Assembly (NCBI GenBank): GCA_965203905.1
Contig: CBDBDQ010000005.1
Span: 864,001 to 928,000 of the forward strand
DNA length: 64,000 nucleotides
Direction: 5' to 3'
Source: Spirochaetia bacterium
GTDB taxonomy: Bacteria; Spirochaetota; Spirochaetia; SZUA-6; Bin103
Part shown: in pieces, positions 10,557 through 21,215 of the stretch
Layout of the letters: each line of letters begins with the position of its first letter
How positions within the stretch are numbered: position 1 is the stretch's first letter
Notes under the pieces: generated by a model
Seen by the model: only the letters and a program-made list of their open reading frames with translations
The model's database searches: none
What the model was told of the DNA's origin: nothing
Position numbers and translations under genes: made by a program

Positions 10557-11468
10557 TCAGCCCTTCAGCGAGCCGATCATCAGGCCGCGCACGAAGTAGC
10601 GCTGGATGAACGGGTACAGCACCAGCATCGGCACGATCGACAGGAACAGGGTGGCGAACTTGATGCGGTCCACGGTGACCGGCATCTCCGCGCGTTCGCG
10701 AAAGGCGACCAGCGCCTCGGAAAAATTGCCTTCGCGCGCCAGCGCCTCAGCCAGCCCGGCGTAGATCACGATCTCGCGCAGCATCACCTGCAGCGGGTAG
10801 CGCTCGGCATCCTTCAGGTACACCACCGCGGGAAACCAGGAGTTCCAGTGGGTCACGGCGTAGAACAGGCTGATCACCGCTACCGCCGCGCGCGACACCG
10901 GCAGCACGATGTACACCAGCACGGTGATGTCGTTGGCGCCATCGATAAAGGCCGAGTCCTCCAGTTCCTGGGGCACGGTCTGAAAAAAAGTGCGCATGAT
11001 GATCAGGTTCCACACCGAGATCGCCACCGGCACCACCAGGGCCCATATGGTGTTGTACATCCCCAGGTTGCGCACCAGCAGGTAGGTGGGGATCAGGCCG
11101 CCGCTGAAGAAGAAGGTCACCACCACCAGTCCGGTGATGAAGCCGCGAAACAGCAGCCGCTGCTTGGACAGGGCGTAGGCCATGGTGACCGTCATCACCA
11201 TGTTCACCGCGGTGCCCACCACCGTGTAGATGATCGCGTACCTGAACGAGTTGGGGATGGTGGCGTCGCGCAGGATCATCTCGTAGGCGCGCAGGTTGGC
11301 ATCCAGCGGATAGAAGGTGACCGCGTTCGACTTGACGTGCAGGTCGCCGCTCAGCGACACCGAGGCGATGTGCAGGATCGGGTACAGGGTGATCACCACG
11401 ATGAACAGGACCACGAAGTGGACCCCGAGCCCGAGCAGGCGGCCGGAGAGCGAGCGGTCGCGTACCAC
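10557..11468 (-). CDS. Carbohydrate ABC permease (CUT1, LplC-like)
   Basis: FSGGLIPTY, ELEDSAFIDGA, YPFIQRYFVRGLMIGSLKG. Confidence 0.93.
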   Translation of the reverse strand: MVRDRSLSGRLLGLGVHFVVLFIVVITLYPILHIASVSLSGDLHVKSNAVTFYPLDANLRAYEMILRDATIPNSFRYAIIYTVVGTAVNMVMTVTMAYALSKQRLLFRGFITGLVVVTFFFSGGLIPTYLLVRNLGMYNTIWALVVPVAISVWNLIIMRTFFQTVPQELEDSAFIDGANDITVLVYIVLPVSRAAVAVISLFYAVTHWNSWFPAVVYLKDAERYPLQVMLREIVIYAGLAEALAREGNFSEALVAFRERAEMPVTVDRIKFATLFLSIVPMLVLYPFIQRYFVRGLMIGSLKG

Positions 11469-11472
11469 GGCG

Positions 11473-12423
11473 CTACCAGACGGTGAACTCGCTCACCTTC
11501 TTGGCCACCCGGTTGGCGCAGATGATCAGGATCAGGCCGATCAACGAGCCGAACAGTCCCACCGCCGCGCCGTAGCTGAAGTCGGCGTGCAGCAGCCCGC
11601 GCCGGTAGACGAAGGAGCCGATCACGTCGGCGGTCTCGTAGGTCGCCGGCTGGTACATCAGGATCACCTTCTCGGCGCCCACCGAGAGCAGCGTGCCGAT
11701 GCGCAGGATCAGCAGGATGGAGATCACCGACTTGAGGCCCGGCAGCGAGATGAAGCGCATCTGCTGGAAGCGTGAGGCGCCGTCGATCACCGCCGCCTCG
11801 TAGAGTTGCGGATCGAGGCGCGAGAGCTGGGCCAGGAAGATGATGGCGCCCCAGCCGACGTTCTGCCAGATGTCCGAGGCCACGTAGATGGAGCGGAACC
11901 AGGACGGGTTGGTCATGAAGTAGATCGGCTCGATCCCCACCACTTGCAGCGCCTTGTTGGCGAACCCGGTGGTGGGCGACAGAAACAGGTAGAGCATGCC
12001 CACGACTGCCGGCAGGGAGATGAAGTGGGGCAGGAAGCTCACGGTCTGAGCCACCTTCTTGTAGCGCCGCTGGGTCAGCTCGTTGAGGGCCAGGGCGAAG
12101 ATGATCGGCGCCGGGAAGCCGACCAGCAGGCTGTAGAAGCTCAGCAGGAAGGTGTTTCTGACGAGCCGGAAGAAGTACGGGTGAGTGAAGAACTTGACGA
12201 AGTGCTCGAAGCCGACCCACGGGCTGCCCACCACTCCCAGGCGCGTGTTGTAGTCCTGGAACGCGATCAGCAGCCCGTACATCGGGCCGTAGTGGAAGAT
12301 GATGAAGTAGACCAGCCCGGGAATCACCAGCAGCAGCAGGTACTTCGACTTCCCGGCCCGCACGCGGAGCTCGCTCCAGCGGCCCGCGTGCGGGCGCGGC
12401 AACGCCCGGGTCGTATCGCTCAC
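11473..12423 (-). CDS. Carbohydrate ABC permease (CUT1, LplB-like)
   Basis: SPWVGFEHF, FLPHFIS, LYEAAVIDGASR. Confidence 0.93.
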   Translation of the reverse strand: MSDTTRALPRPHAGRWSELRVRAGKSKYLLLLVIPGLVYFIIFHYGPMYGLLIAFQDYNTRLGVVGSPWVGFEHFVKFFTHPYFFRLVRNTFLLSFYSLLVGFPAPIIFALALNELTQRRYKKVAQTVSFLPHFISLPAVVGMLYLFLSPTTGFANKALQVVGIEPIYFMTNPSWFRSIYVASDIWQNVGWGAIIFLAQLSRLDPQLYEAAVIDGASRFQQMRFISLPGLKSVISILLILRIGTLLSVGAEKVILMYQPATYETADVIGSFVYRRGLLHADFSYGAAVGLFGSLIGLILIICANRVAKKVSEFTVW

Positions 12424-12454
12424 GGGTGTCCCCCGAACCGGCCGTGGGAGGCGG

Positions 12455-14071
12455 CTACTTCGGCATGCCCATGCGCTCCCAGGTCGCCTGGTACTGGTCC
12501 ATCATCCGGTTCACTCCCGCCTTCTCCAGCTCGCTCATGTACTTGCCCCAGTCGTCGTCGTTCGAGGGGTCCAGCTCGCCGTTCATGAAGCGGGCGGCAT
12601 AGGCGCTGTACACGTCGTTCACGGTGACCTCGATGTCGGCCAGGTCGTCGCGCTCGTCCGGGGTGAACTTCCAGGCGATCGGCTTGACCCAGTCCTTGCC
12701 CATCTGCGCCTCCGAGAACCCGAATCCGACATCGACCTGGTCGCCGCGGTGATGCCGCACCCACCAGTCGGAGAACAGCAGGAACGGCTGCAGGCCGTAA
12801 TGGTAACGGGTGACTTCGCCGTCGGGGTTCTGGACGTACTGGATGTGCGACATGTAGTGCGGCTTGCCGTCCATGTACTCGAAGCTCTCGCCCTCACGCC
12901 CGAACATGTTGGCCTGCTCGCCCTCCGGCGTGGCCATGAAGTCGAAGAACTGAATCAGCCGCCGCACCTTCTCGTCCGACGCACCCGCGGTGATGAACGG
13001 TCCCTTGGCGTAGGCGGGCAGCAGCCGGTGCACCAGCTCGCCGCGCTCGGGATAAGCCGCGATGTAGCGCTCGGCGCCGACCCAGTTGACATCGGAGTCG
13101 GGATTGAACTGCAGCGACTGCTCGTTCCAGAACACCGCTCCGGCGGCGGCGCTGTTGCCTTCGATGTAGGAGAGGAGCTGCTTGTGGACCAGTTCCTGGT
13201 AGCCGGCCCAGTCGATGGTGGCCCACTCCGGGTGCACCAGCTTGTTGGCGATCATCTTGTTGATGAAGATCATCATGCCGCGGAACTTGTCGGTCCCGGC
13301 CGGGTACACCAGCTCGCCGCTGTCGATGTCGACGTGCACCCCGGGGCCGCGCCGGCTCGGCGCCTGGCCGACCCGCCACGCCTTGTAGTAGGGGGACAGG
13401 AACCAGCCGAGCGCGTTGCGGTTCACGTAGGGCCACGACTCCGGATTGGCCTGCTTCAGGGTCATGAGCACGTCGAACAGCCCGTCGGGGGTGCTCGGCC
13501 ACTCCACGCCGTGGGCGTCGAAGACATCCTTGCGGAACATCCAGCCGTAGGGGATCAACTCCTGGCTGATCACCGGCAGGTAGTAGAGGTTGCCGTCCGC
13601 GGCGCGCGCGTGGGCCAGTGCCAGCTCCAGGTCGTCGGGCGTACGCGGCGAGATCAGCGCGACCGGCGGATTGTCGGACCACAGCGCCACGTAGTTGGGC
13701 AGGTCGTCGAGGTGCCCGTCGAGCGCCACCAGGTGCCCCTCCAGGCCCCAGCGCTTGACCGCGGCCTCCGGCGGGTTGGCGTTGGTGGCATCGAGCATGT
13801 CGAAGTAGTCGCCGGCGGCGAAGCGCAGGTTGATCTTCTCGTCGATGCCGTCCCGCGACACGCGTTCGAATTCGATCTCCAGGTTGAACTTCTCGTTCCC
13901 GAGCTCAGCCCAGTAGGGATACACCTCCGGCTTGTTGGTGCCGGAGAATGGAGCCAGGGCGGTGACCGTCAGCGGTCCCTCGGGTGCGGCGGTCTCCGCC
14001 TCGGCGGTGGCCATCACCCACGCCGGAAACAAGACCATCAACGACAGCGAAACTACCATCAGTCGCTTCAT
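12455..14071 (-). CDS. Extracellular solute-binding protein (LplA-like)
   Basis: GAGGAG RBS; signal peptide; DGNLYYLP, WMFRKD, FGREG; directly upstream of two permeases. Confidence 0.88.
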   Translation of the reverse strand: MKRLMVVSLSLMVLFPAWVMATAEAETAAPEGPLTVTALAPFSGTNKPEVYPYWAELGNEKFNLEIEFERVSRDGIDEKINLRFAAGDYFDMLDATNANPPEAAVKRWGLEGHLVALDGHLDDLPNYVALWSDNPPVALISPRTPDDLELALAHARAADGNLYYLPVISQELIPYGWMFRKDVFDAHGVEWPSTPDGLFDVLMTLKQANPESWPYVNRNALGWFLSPYYKAWRVGQAPSRRGPGVHVDIDSGELVYPAGTDKFRGMMIFINKMIANKLVHPEWATIDWAGYQELVHKQLLSYIEGNSAAAGAVFWNEQSLQFNPDSDVNWVGAERYIAAYPERGELVHRLLPAYAKGPFITAGASDEKVRRLIQFFDFMATPEGEQANMFGREGESFEYMDGKPHYMSHIQYVQNPDGEVTRYHYGLQPFLLFSDWWVRHHRGDQVDVGFGFSEAQMGKDWVKPIAWKFTPDERDDLADIEVTVNDVYSAYAARFMNGELDPSNDDDWGKYMSELEKAGVNRMMDQYQATWERMGMPK

Positions 14072-14187
14072 GAGGACCCTCCTCGCTTGGAATCAACGGC
14101 CAGCTTAGCCCCCCCGCCGCCCCCTGTCCAATGCGTGTCAACCCCAGCGCGCCAGTATCTGGATGCCTGAACTTGGTCGCTACGACC

Positions 14188-16204
14188 TGTTGCCTCATCC
14201 AAGAATCTAACCGTGCGGGGAGGCATGCCTCATTTTAAGGATCTAACCCAGAGAGGCGGCGGGAAACGAGGGGGAGCGCGAGGGGGGAGACTAATGGTTG
14301 TGGATAAGTGGATAGTGCGGGCCGCCGGTGCGGTGCCAACCCGCGGTGTTCGAAGGTCGGCTTGGCGAGCTGGCCACCCGCCCGACAGGCGGCAACAGCG
14401 AGGTCCGGCAGCGGCGCTGTGTGGCGGCCCGCCAGGCACCGCGAATCGGGCATCTGCGCGGCGGCCGGTGGGTGAACGAGGGCTGATGCCGGCCCCGCTG
14501 AGGTGGTGGCTGCCTGACTACGGCGGCGCTGCCGGCGCATGAGCCGTCCACCGCATCGCGGCCGCCACGGCCGGCGCGCAACGTCGCCCCGCTGCTCGCA
14601 ACAGCGGGTGTAAGCGAGCGAACGAGGACGGAGCCGTGCAGAGACGCTGGCAGGCCCCGGAACAGGCATACCTGGACAGGGTGTGCTGTTCTCAGGCGGC
14701 CCAGAACCAGTGTGTCAGAAACGATCTGGTACCAGGAGTACCCCCTGGGCTCCCACAGACGGGTCGGCAAACCTCGCAGGTCGACGCTCCGAGCACGGAC
14801 CGGGCGTGGGCGAAGCCGCCCCCTGAGAACGTCCCCCCGGCCGCGGCAACGTTCAGCGGTTGCTCGGCCGTGTTGGAGGCGCGCTCTTGGACCCAGGTAC
14901 CCGCAACAGGTGCTCGGTCAATCGGGTCAGCTCGCGCTTGAGGGCGACCGGATTCAACGTCGCGTACTGCTGCTTGAGGCGGGCCTTCACCTCGTCGCTC
15001 ACCGACTGGGAGGCCAGCACGCGGTGATACAGAGTCTGCGGGTCATCATAGATGCGGCGCACCTGCTGCCGGAGCGGACTTTCTTCACCAGCTTCACCGA
15101 AGGATAAAAGAAGTTCTCCAGCAGGCAGAGGGGCCGGTACACCGCGTTGAGGGCAGCCAGTTGCGCGTCGCTGTCGTAGCGCAGGTAGCCGACCGCGCGC
15201 CGCACTACGTGGCCATTCTTCTGCTCGACGTAGCAGGTGTCGTTCTTGCGATACGGGCGCCCCCGAGTGAAGGTGATGGCGTGGTTCTCGCAGTAGCGCG
15301 CCAGATGATGATTGATGAATTCGCCGCCGTTGTCGCTGTCGATGCCTTGCATGGCGATCGGCAGGCTGCGACGGGCAGTGTCGATAGCCTCATAGGTCCA
15401 GCGTTGTGCCTTGTTCTTGAGCCCGTGCAGGTCGACCCAGCCGGTGTCAACGTCGGTGATGGTGAGGGTGTGGCAGAAGTCGCCTGAGACATCGCCGCCG
15501 TCATGGCCCACCAGGTCGATCTCGAAGAACCCCGGCTCCTGCTCGGTCCAGTCAGCAAAGGTACGGATCGGGATCTGGTGCTTGAGGTGGCTACCCGGCT
15601 TGATGTGGGTGCGGCCCTTCAGGCGCAGCCGCGCGCGCTCGTGCTGCAACAGCCGGTCGATGGTGGCGGCACTGATGGTCAGCAGCTTGGCGTGCACCTC
15701 GGTGGTGAGCGGGATCTCGCCGAACGACTCCAGCACCGGCAGCGTGGTGCGCAGCACGACCACCAGCCGCTTGCCGCACATGTAGTCGAACACGTACCAG
15801 ATCTGCTTGAGGGCCTTCAGCACCTCCTGGTCGTAGCGCCGCGGGCGCTTGCGGCGCCTGGCCCGCCGCGGGCGTACCGGCAACCAGCTTCACCAGCTTG
15901 CCGTCGATGCGCACCCAGTGGCTACGCCCCCATGAGTTCAGCAGATGGATCGCGTACTTGCGCGCGTAGCCGGTGGTCTCGACGAACTCGCCGAGCATCA
16001 CCGCCTTCTCCTGCTTGCTGGCGCTTCGGTAGCGCCGCGCCACCTGCTCCGTGAGTGCCCTGCGTTCAGCCATCGTCAGCCCCATCCCCTCGGAACCTCC
16101 TCGCCCTCTACGAAGGGCTCCGGACCGGACCCTCAGGTCCAGCTCTTCGGTTAGATTCTTAAATGAGGCACGCTTTTCGCAGGGTTAGATTCTTGATGAG
16201 TAAA
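14188..16204 (-). mobile_element. Decayed insertion sequence (integrase-core DDE transposase, ISNCY/IS481-like) with doubled terminal inverted repeats
   Basis: Left motifs TTGCCTCATCCAAGAATCTAACC (14190-14212) and TGCCTCATTTTAAGGATCTAACC (14226-14248) are inverted against GGTTAGATTCTTAAATGAGGCA (16149-16170) and GGTTAGATTCTTGATGAGTAA (16183-16203). Confidence 0.82.
14853..16085 (-). pseudogene. Transposase split by two frameshifts (near 15880 and 15065)
   Basis: RYRSASKQEKAVML N-terminus; PGFFEIDLVGH, IDSDNGGEF, YVEQKN DDE core; YDDPQT..LNPVALKR tail, spread over three ORFs. Confidence 0.88.
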
Positions 16205-16248
16205 TGCGTGCGAGTGCACTTGACCACCAAATGCCTTATGATTGCTCC

Positions 16249-16505
16249 ATGATCACCAGGATCACGGGAGAGAATCAGGTCACGGTGTCGGCCGAGGTCG
16301 CCGCCGCGGAGGGAGTCGAGCTAGAGCTAGGCACCCGGCTCGCGTGGAGCTTCGCGGAGCGTGAGCACGTACTGGAAGTCCGTGTGCTGAAGAGCGTTGC
16401 CGAGGTTGCCGCCAGACGTGCGAGGCCGTGGAGCGCGGGTTTCGGAACCGACCGGGCAGTGCCATTGACGCACTCCTGTGGGAACGCGAGCAAGAGGGAT
16501 GGTGA
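16249..16505 (+). pseudogene. AbrB/MazE-type antitoxin remnant
   Basis: MITRITGENQVTVSAEV..GTRLAW; the tail GSAIDALLWEREQEGW* lies in another frame; no toxin follows. Confidence 0.6.
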
Positions 16506-16787
16506 GCACTAGCCTTGTGAGGGCGTCCTCACGCTCTCGACACCTCGGCCAATCGGGCCCACCTCGAGCCGAAACGGCGCTGGTGGAGATACGGGGCAGG
16601 ACACGGGCCACAAGAGAGATGCGTGCCCCGACGCTGCCGCAGTTGAAGGGCCCGCTAAGAGTCGATGTCGCTGACCGGACGAAGTAGAGCTGGCGTTTAG
16701 TCAGTACGTCGACCACTGTTACCGCACCGGCCGTCTTCCTATGCCGAAGCCACGTCCGACTATAATGAGTTACGGGGAGCATCTATA

Positions 16788-17189
16788 GTGAACCAAGCGG
16801 ACTACATAGAACTCATCGACTTACTTGAAACCGGTCTTCGCGATGCGGAGGGCCTCGACGTCGACGATCCGTCACTGTATGCGGAGAGAGACCCAGAATC
16901 TGGAGAACTTCGGCGCCGGCATCCGAGGGATCACGTCGTAGAACTGCTGCGAGCGCTCGATCGGCACCTTGCAGTCACCGACCGTGGGACGTACGACAGC
17001 GCTATCGAGACGATCAATGAGTCAATCGAAGGGCCTCGCGTAGTCGGTGCTTCTATCATTCTCTTGGATGACTCACGGCAGGTCAGACTCGATGCCCTGC
17101 CTGACCTGAGCGCGGCCCGAGGTCGGCTAGAGGAACTGATCCAAGGGATTCTTGCTGACCCCGAACCGGACAGGGAAACGAATCGATGA
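16788..17189 (+). CDS. Hypothetical acidic protein
   Basis: 133-aa ORF; TATAAT and GGGGAG upstream; ATGA overlap with the next gene. Confidence 0.65.
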   Translation: MNQADYIELIDLLETGLRDAEGLDVDDPSLYAERDPESGELRRRHPRDHVVELLRALDRHLAVTDRGTYDSAIETINESIEGPRVVGASIILLDDSRQVRLDALPDLSAARGRLEELIQGILADPEPDRETNR

Positions 17190-17848
17190 ACAAGACACAT
17201 GCAATTCGGGAGGTCTTGTCAGTTCTGGGCGCCCTCCACAACTATACGCGTCAGGACAAGAAGCACTTGGTATCGCTCTCTCAAGGCAAGCTCTACGAAC
17301 TGTACGTCCTTGCCACCATAGTGAGTTACCTAGGCAATAGAGGATTCAACATTCATCACGTTGGCTGCAACATCTGCTTCAAGCAAGCACCTGGAAAGCT
17401 TTACGTAAACGACCCGCACTTCGTCGTTAATTCGCCTAACGGTCAACTGCAACTCTATGTGGACATTGAATTCCAAACGCTCGGCCACATCTCCGCAGCA
17501 ACTCAAAACGATCTAAGCACCCTCCACGAGCTAGATGTCGTCCTTATCAAGGATCCTACCGATCGTAGCAACCCGACCTACAGTCAAATCCTCCTGGGAG
17601 TGGAGTGCAAGAGTAACGCTGTCCTGAAGAAGAGCTTCGTCAGGGAAGCCCTGGGCCTACGCCGGGAGCTGTCCTACATGAGACGAGATACTGTCTCCTG
17701 GCTTTCCCGGCTTACTTGCACGAATCCTGTACTAGTACCTGCCCATCCAGCCTCTGAATTTTGGCTTGCTTTCACCGATCCTCAAGGAATGAGGTACCAG
17801 AAAAGCCCCGCCGTGTTCGGTGTCGAACTCAGACACATTCAGCCGTGA
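17186..17848 (+). CDS. Putative PD-(D/E)XK restriction-endonuclease-like protein
   Basis: LYELYVL helix, HELDVVLI, LGVECK (E..D..ExK). Confidence 0.65.
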   Translation: MNKTHAIREVLSVLGALHNYTRQDKKHLVSLSQGKLYELYVLATIVSYLGNRGFNIHHVGCNICFKQAPGKLYVNDPHFVVNSPNGQLQLYVDIEFQTLGHISAATQNDLSTLHELDVVLIKDPTDRSNPTYSQILLGVECKSNAVLKKSFVREALGLRRELSYMRRDTVSWLSRLTCTNPVLVPAHPASEFWLAFTDPQGMRYQKSPAVFGVELRHIQP

Positions 17849-17903
17849 CAGGAGAACCAAGTAACTATTACTTCGAGTTAAATCAGGTTGATGCGCAGCA
17901 GGT

Positions 17904-18078
17904 TAGCCGTCCGGTGCCAGCCCGGGGCGCCGCTGGCTGTGTCGAGGAAGATGCTCAGCCAATTGATGTTGACACAGGCTAAGTCAATGCAGAATAGGCT
18001 CATGTCGCCTCGGTTGTTTGAAGATCAGAGCTCCGGTTCGCCGTCGCCATCCGTGGTGCAGGTTCACCAAGCCGCGGC
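17904..18078 (-). pseudogene. Degenerate fragment of a CRTAC1/ASPIC-UnbV gene, colinear with 43149-43320
   Basis: tcgaggaagatgctcagccaattg vs tcgaggaagatgcgcagccagttg; tgcagaataggctcatg vs tgcagaacaggctcatg; translates NWLSIFLDT vs NWLRIFLDT. Confidence 0.8.
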
Positions 18079-18133
18079 GGGGCTGAGTCCTGGCTGAATC
18101 CCCCAGTACGGCATGTTGGCCTATCACAGCGGT

Positions 18134-18421
18134 TCAATGCAAAGCAATCAGAATGGAACCCATCAATGTTCTCACGACCGTCTCCATCACCGGAGGACAG
18201 ACACCGTTCCCCAGAATCATGATCTTGTCGCGACGTGTCCCTCCATCAACGATGAGATCGTCACGAAATCCCATCGTGCGGGCCAGTTCTGGTACCTGTA
18301 GCATTCGTAACATCGCTCCGGCTTCCGAAGGCTCGCACAACGCGAAGCGATCAAGGGTCGTCACCGTACGAAGGGGAACCGTCAACGGCTGCCAACCGCC
18401 AGCCCCATCGCTTCCGTAGTG
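18134..18421 (-). pseudogene. dcm: 3' fragment of a DNA (cytosine-5) methyltransferase
   Basis: YGSDGAGGWQPL..LRTVTTLDRF, RMLQVPELARTMGF (motif IX), LGNGVCPPVM (motif X). Confidence 0.8.
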
Positions 18422-18609
18422 AAGTCCTCTACCCGACGCCGTGTCCCGCTCGGGTTGCCGCTCTTCTCCGCCCCGTGCAGCAGTTCGGCCAGGGTAATCG
18501 CGCTGATGCAGATCTCACCCGCATACGCGTTGAGGGTGTCGAGCGCCTGCCGCGACCTACGGTTGAGGACGTAGATCGACAGGTCGGTGTCGAGCATGAA
18601 GCGGTTCAT
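18422..18609 (-). pseudogene. vapC: VapC PIN toxin, N-terminal half only
   Basis: FMLDTDLSIY, ISAITLAELLHGAEKS; runs directly into the dcm fragment; distal acidic residues absent. Confidence 0.85.
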
Positions 18610-18845
18610 GCGAGCGGCTCACGCTCCTCCGGCGGCGATTGCTCGCCTCGTTCGATGAGCACGTTATCCGTCGCCGCCGCTTCTTGCAGGAAGAACGTGT
18701 CCCAGATGCGGTCGACCGGGGACAGCACGTGGTCGGGACCCACCACGCGCACGTTCACTCTCTTGATTCCGGCGGCAAACCGCATCTCCGCTGGGATACG
18801 CACCGCCTGGGTACGATTGTTCTCGAACACCGAGCCAGTTGCCAT
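18606..18845 (-). CDS. vapB: VapB antitoxin (AbrB fold)
   Basis: VFENNRTQAVRIPAEMRF; ATGA overlap with vapC. Confidence 0.88.
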   Translation of the reverse strand: MATGSVFENNRTQAVRIPAEMRFAAGIKRVNVRVVGPDHVLSPVDRIWDTFFLQEAAATDNVLIERGEQSPPEEREPLA

Positions 18846-18879
18846 TATCTGCTCCGATAGCACCGGAGACGCGCTCCTG

Positions 18880-19945
18880 CAACGGATCAGAGCAGCGTTC
18901 TCGTGGAGGCGGCCGCTACCGCGCGGGCGGGGCGACCGGGTCAGGTATGAGTGCGGCTGCGGCAACGGTGATGCGCTCGATGATTCGCGCCACTTCGTCG
19001 TCCGAGAAATCGGGATGGGTTGTCAGGCACACGGTCCTGCCGAGGATGTCCAGCGACTGCCGGCACATCTTCCTTCGAGTAGTCCATCCGGCAGCCCCGG
19101 TTCTGCTCCAGCGCGAACGGATTCACCGCCGCGTGGTGGGCGCCGCGGTGCTCCAGCACCGGGTCCCACTCGGTGTACACGTGGCGCCCGGTCTTCAGCG
19201 CGACCCAGCCGCCGGTCCTTTCCGCCAGCGCATTAGCTGCCGCCGCGGTCGGCAGCAGAAAGGCGACGTGCGTGCCGCACTCCCAGGCCGGGCTGTTGCC
19301 GGGACTCGGCGTCAGGCCGCAAGCCGCGGTCTCCGTGAGGATCCTCCTCTTCTGGGCCCGCATGGTGGCGATCATGTCGTCGATCCGGTCGAGCTGGCAG
19401 TTCATGATCGCGCCCTCGATCTCCGAGGCGCGCGCCCCGTTTGCCAGGTAGCCGGCGAAGCTCTCCTTGCGTCCGTCCCAGTAGAAGCGGCAGGGGTCGA
19501 TCGCGCACTCGATGCGCTCGGCGAAGGCGTCGTCGTCGGTTACCACCGCGCCCCCTCGCCGCAGCTCATGTTCTTGTAGTGGTTGAAACTGAATGCGCCG
19601 ACGTGGCCGATCGAGCCGAGCATCCTGCCCTCGTAGGCACCCACGACGCCCTGGCAGGCATCCTCTATCACCAGCAGTTCCCGTTCGGCGGCGACCTCCA
19701 TGATCGAGTCCATGTCACAGGGCAGACCCCACATGTGGACCGGGATCACCGCCCGGGTGCGCGGACCGATGGCATCCCACAAGGCGGCGGGGCTCATTCC
19801 GATGCTCTCGTCGATGTCGACGATCACGGGGATCGCGCCGGCGGCGAGCACCGATCCGGGGGTGGCCATGTAGGTGCACGCCGGGACGATCACCTCGTCA
19901 CCGGGACCGATGCCCGCCCCCCATGAGCGCGGCCGTCAGCGCGTT
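18880..19945 (-). pseudogene. 5'-truncated, frameshifted duplicate of the aminotransferase at 34127-35299 (direct repeat of about 34070-35135)
   Basis: Highly similar DNA throughout; indels near 19070, 19550 and 19920; first ~55 codons missing. Confidence 0.93.
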
Positions 19946-20329
19946 CGTGTCTTCCTGTCGCGTGTTTGACACTGCTGTCAGGTTTAGATACGTTGCGTAA
20001 CGTCGGTGCTAGTAAACTACCTCCTGTAGTTGGTCGATCGGGGCTACAGTCGTGAGAAATAGGGAATACCGCTTGATCTATTGGAACGCCAACAGCGGAT
20101 TCAGGAAAGGCGATCTATTGCACTTTTCCCGGTAAGAACAACATTCCTGCGCGTCTTGGTCCTTCGGCATATGCCACATGTGACGGCTGTCGTCTTAGGT
20201 ACGACCTAGTGCCTGAACCATGTGACCGAAGCCGAGTACAATGCCACCGGCCGCGATAACACCGACGAGACGAGCCGCTGAAACCAGAAGACGGCCGACC
20301 AGACTGGCTGTGACAACAAGGATTAGATC

Positions 20330-20527
20330 ATGTACGCGCGTCGTCGTAACAGTGACATATGGCACTGGTGTACCAACTGTAGAAATTGGCCAGCTCGCGC
20401 AGATAGAGCTGACATTCGTTTTTCCGCACCGGATCTCAAGACGGACTTGTGCGAAGAATGCTACGTCAAGCAACGGGACAACAGGTGTGTATCTCTGTCG
20501 AAGGTAGACCCAACACATCGCAAGTAG
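20330..20527 (+). CDS. Small Cys-rich putative Zn-binding protein
   Basis: AAGGA RBS; WHWCTNC..LCEEC..C (two CxxC). Confidence 0.6.
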   Translation: MYARRRNSDIWHWCTNCRNWPARADRADIRFSAPDLKTDLCEECYVKQRDNRCVSLSKVDPTHRK

Positions 20528-21215
20528 TTCTGGTCACCAGCCTATATTTGGTCTCGTACATCGTACATAAACGACGAGATCTCCGCTGGCCACGTAAGAC
20601 GTCATGATGTCGAACTTTCGTCGATACAGTCCATCAAAGCGGGCACGCTGGGACAACACACGGTAACGATCGTGGCAGAGTAGCGATGAAGATGAGCGAC
20701 ACTTCGCAGTAGAGTGGACGGCGCGAACTTCTTGGACTGTGAGCCGGTCAAACCTACCCAGATCATCCCGGAGAAGACTCGAGAGGCCTCAGGAATCATT
20801 CGGGTCGAAAGGGACGTCCTGGCCGGTCCCGAACGACCGCGATAAAACGTTGGGCAACTAATCCCAGGCTGTTGCTCTCATGGTGGACGATCGAAGCTGC
20901 GTGACTGGCCGGTTCGTCGCCGGAGCAACGCCGACGACGGTCTGCCGGTGTACAGTTTTTGCAGGCCGATGAGCGAGTTGGGGACGCTAACGCTAACTAG
21001 TCGCGAACACCTTACGGATGGTGGACAGCGCGGCCACGTTCACCATGCACAGCGAACCGACCGTACTGCAGCAGCGCTGTTTCGATCTGCCGGGGCCAGC
21101 GCCCAAGTGTAGCCAGACACGGACGTTTTGGCCATTGAGTGCGATTTTGAATTCAATAACGATCTAACTTAAATTAGCAAGAATCGCGCCCTGAAACCTT
21201 AAACTTAAATCGGGA

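Noticed and set aside
14190-14248. Two spaced ~22-bp repeats resembling a mini-CRISPR
   Set aside because: They pair in inverted orientation with 16149-16203 as IS ends, and there are no cas genes.
20560-21215. Possible decayed gene and AT-rich patch with two AACTTAAAT motifs
   Set aside because: No recognisable family and too short to support a call.
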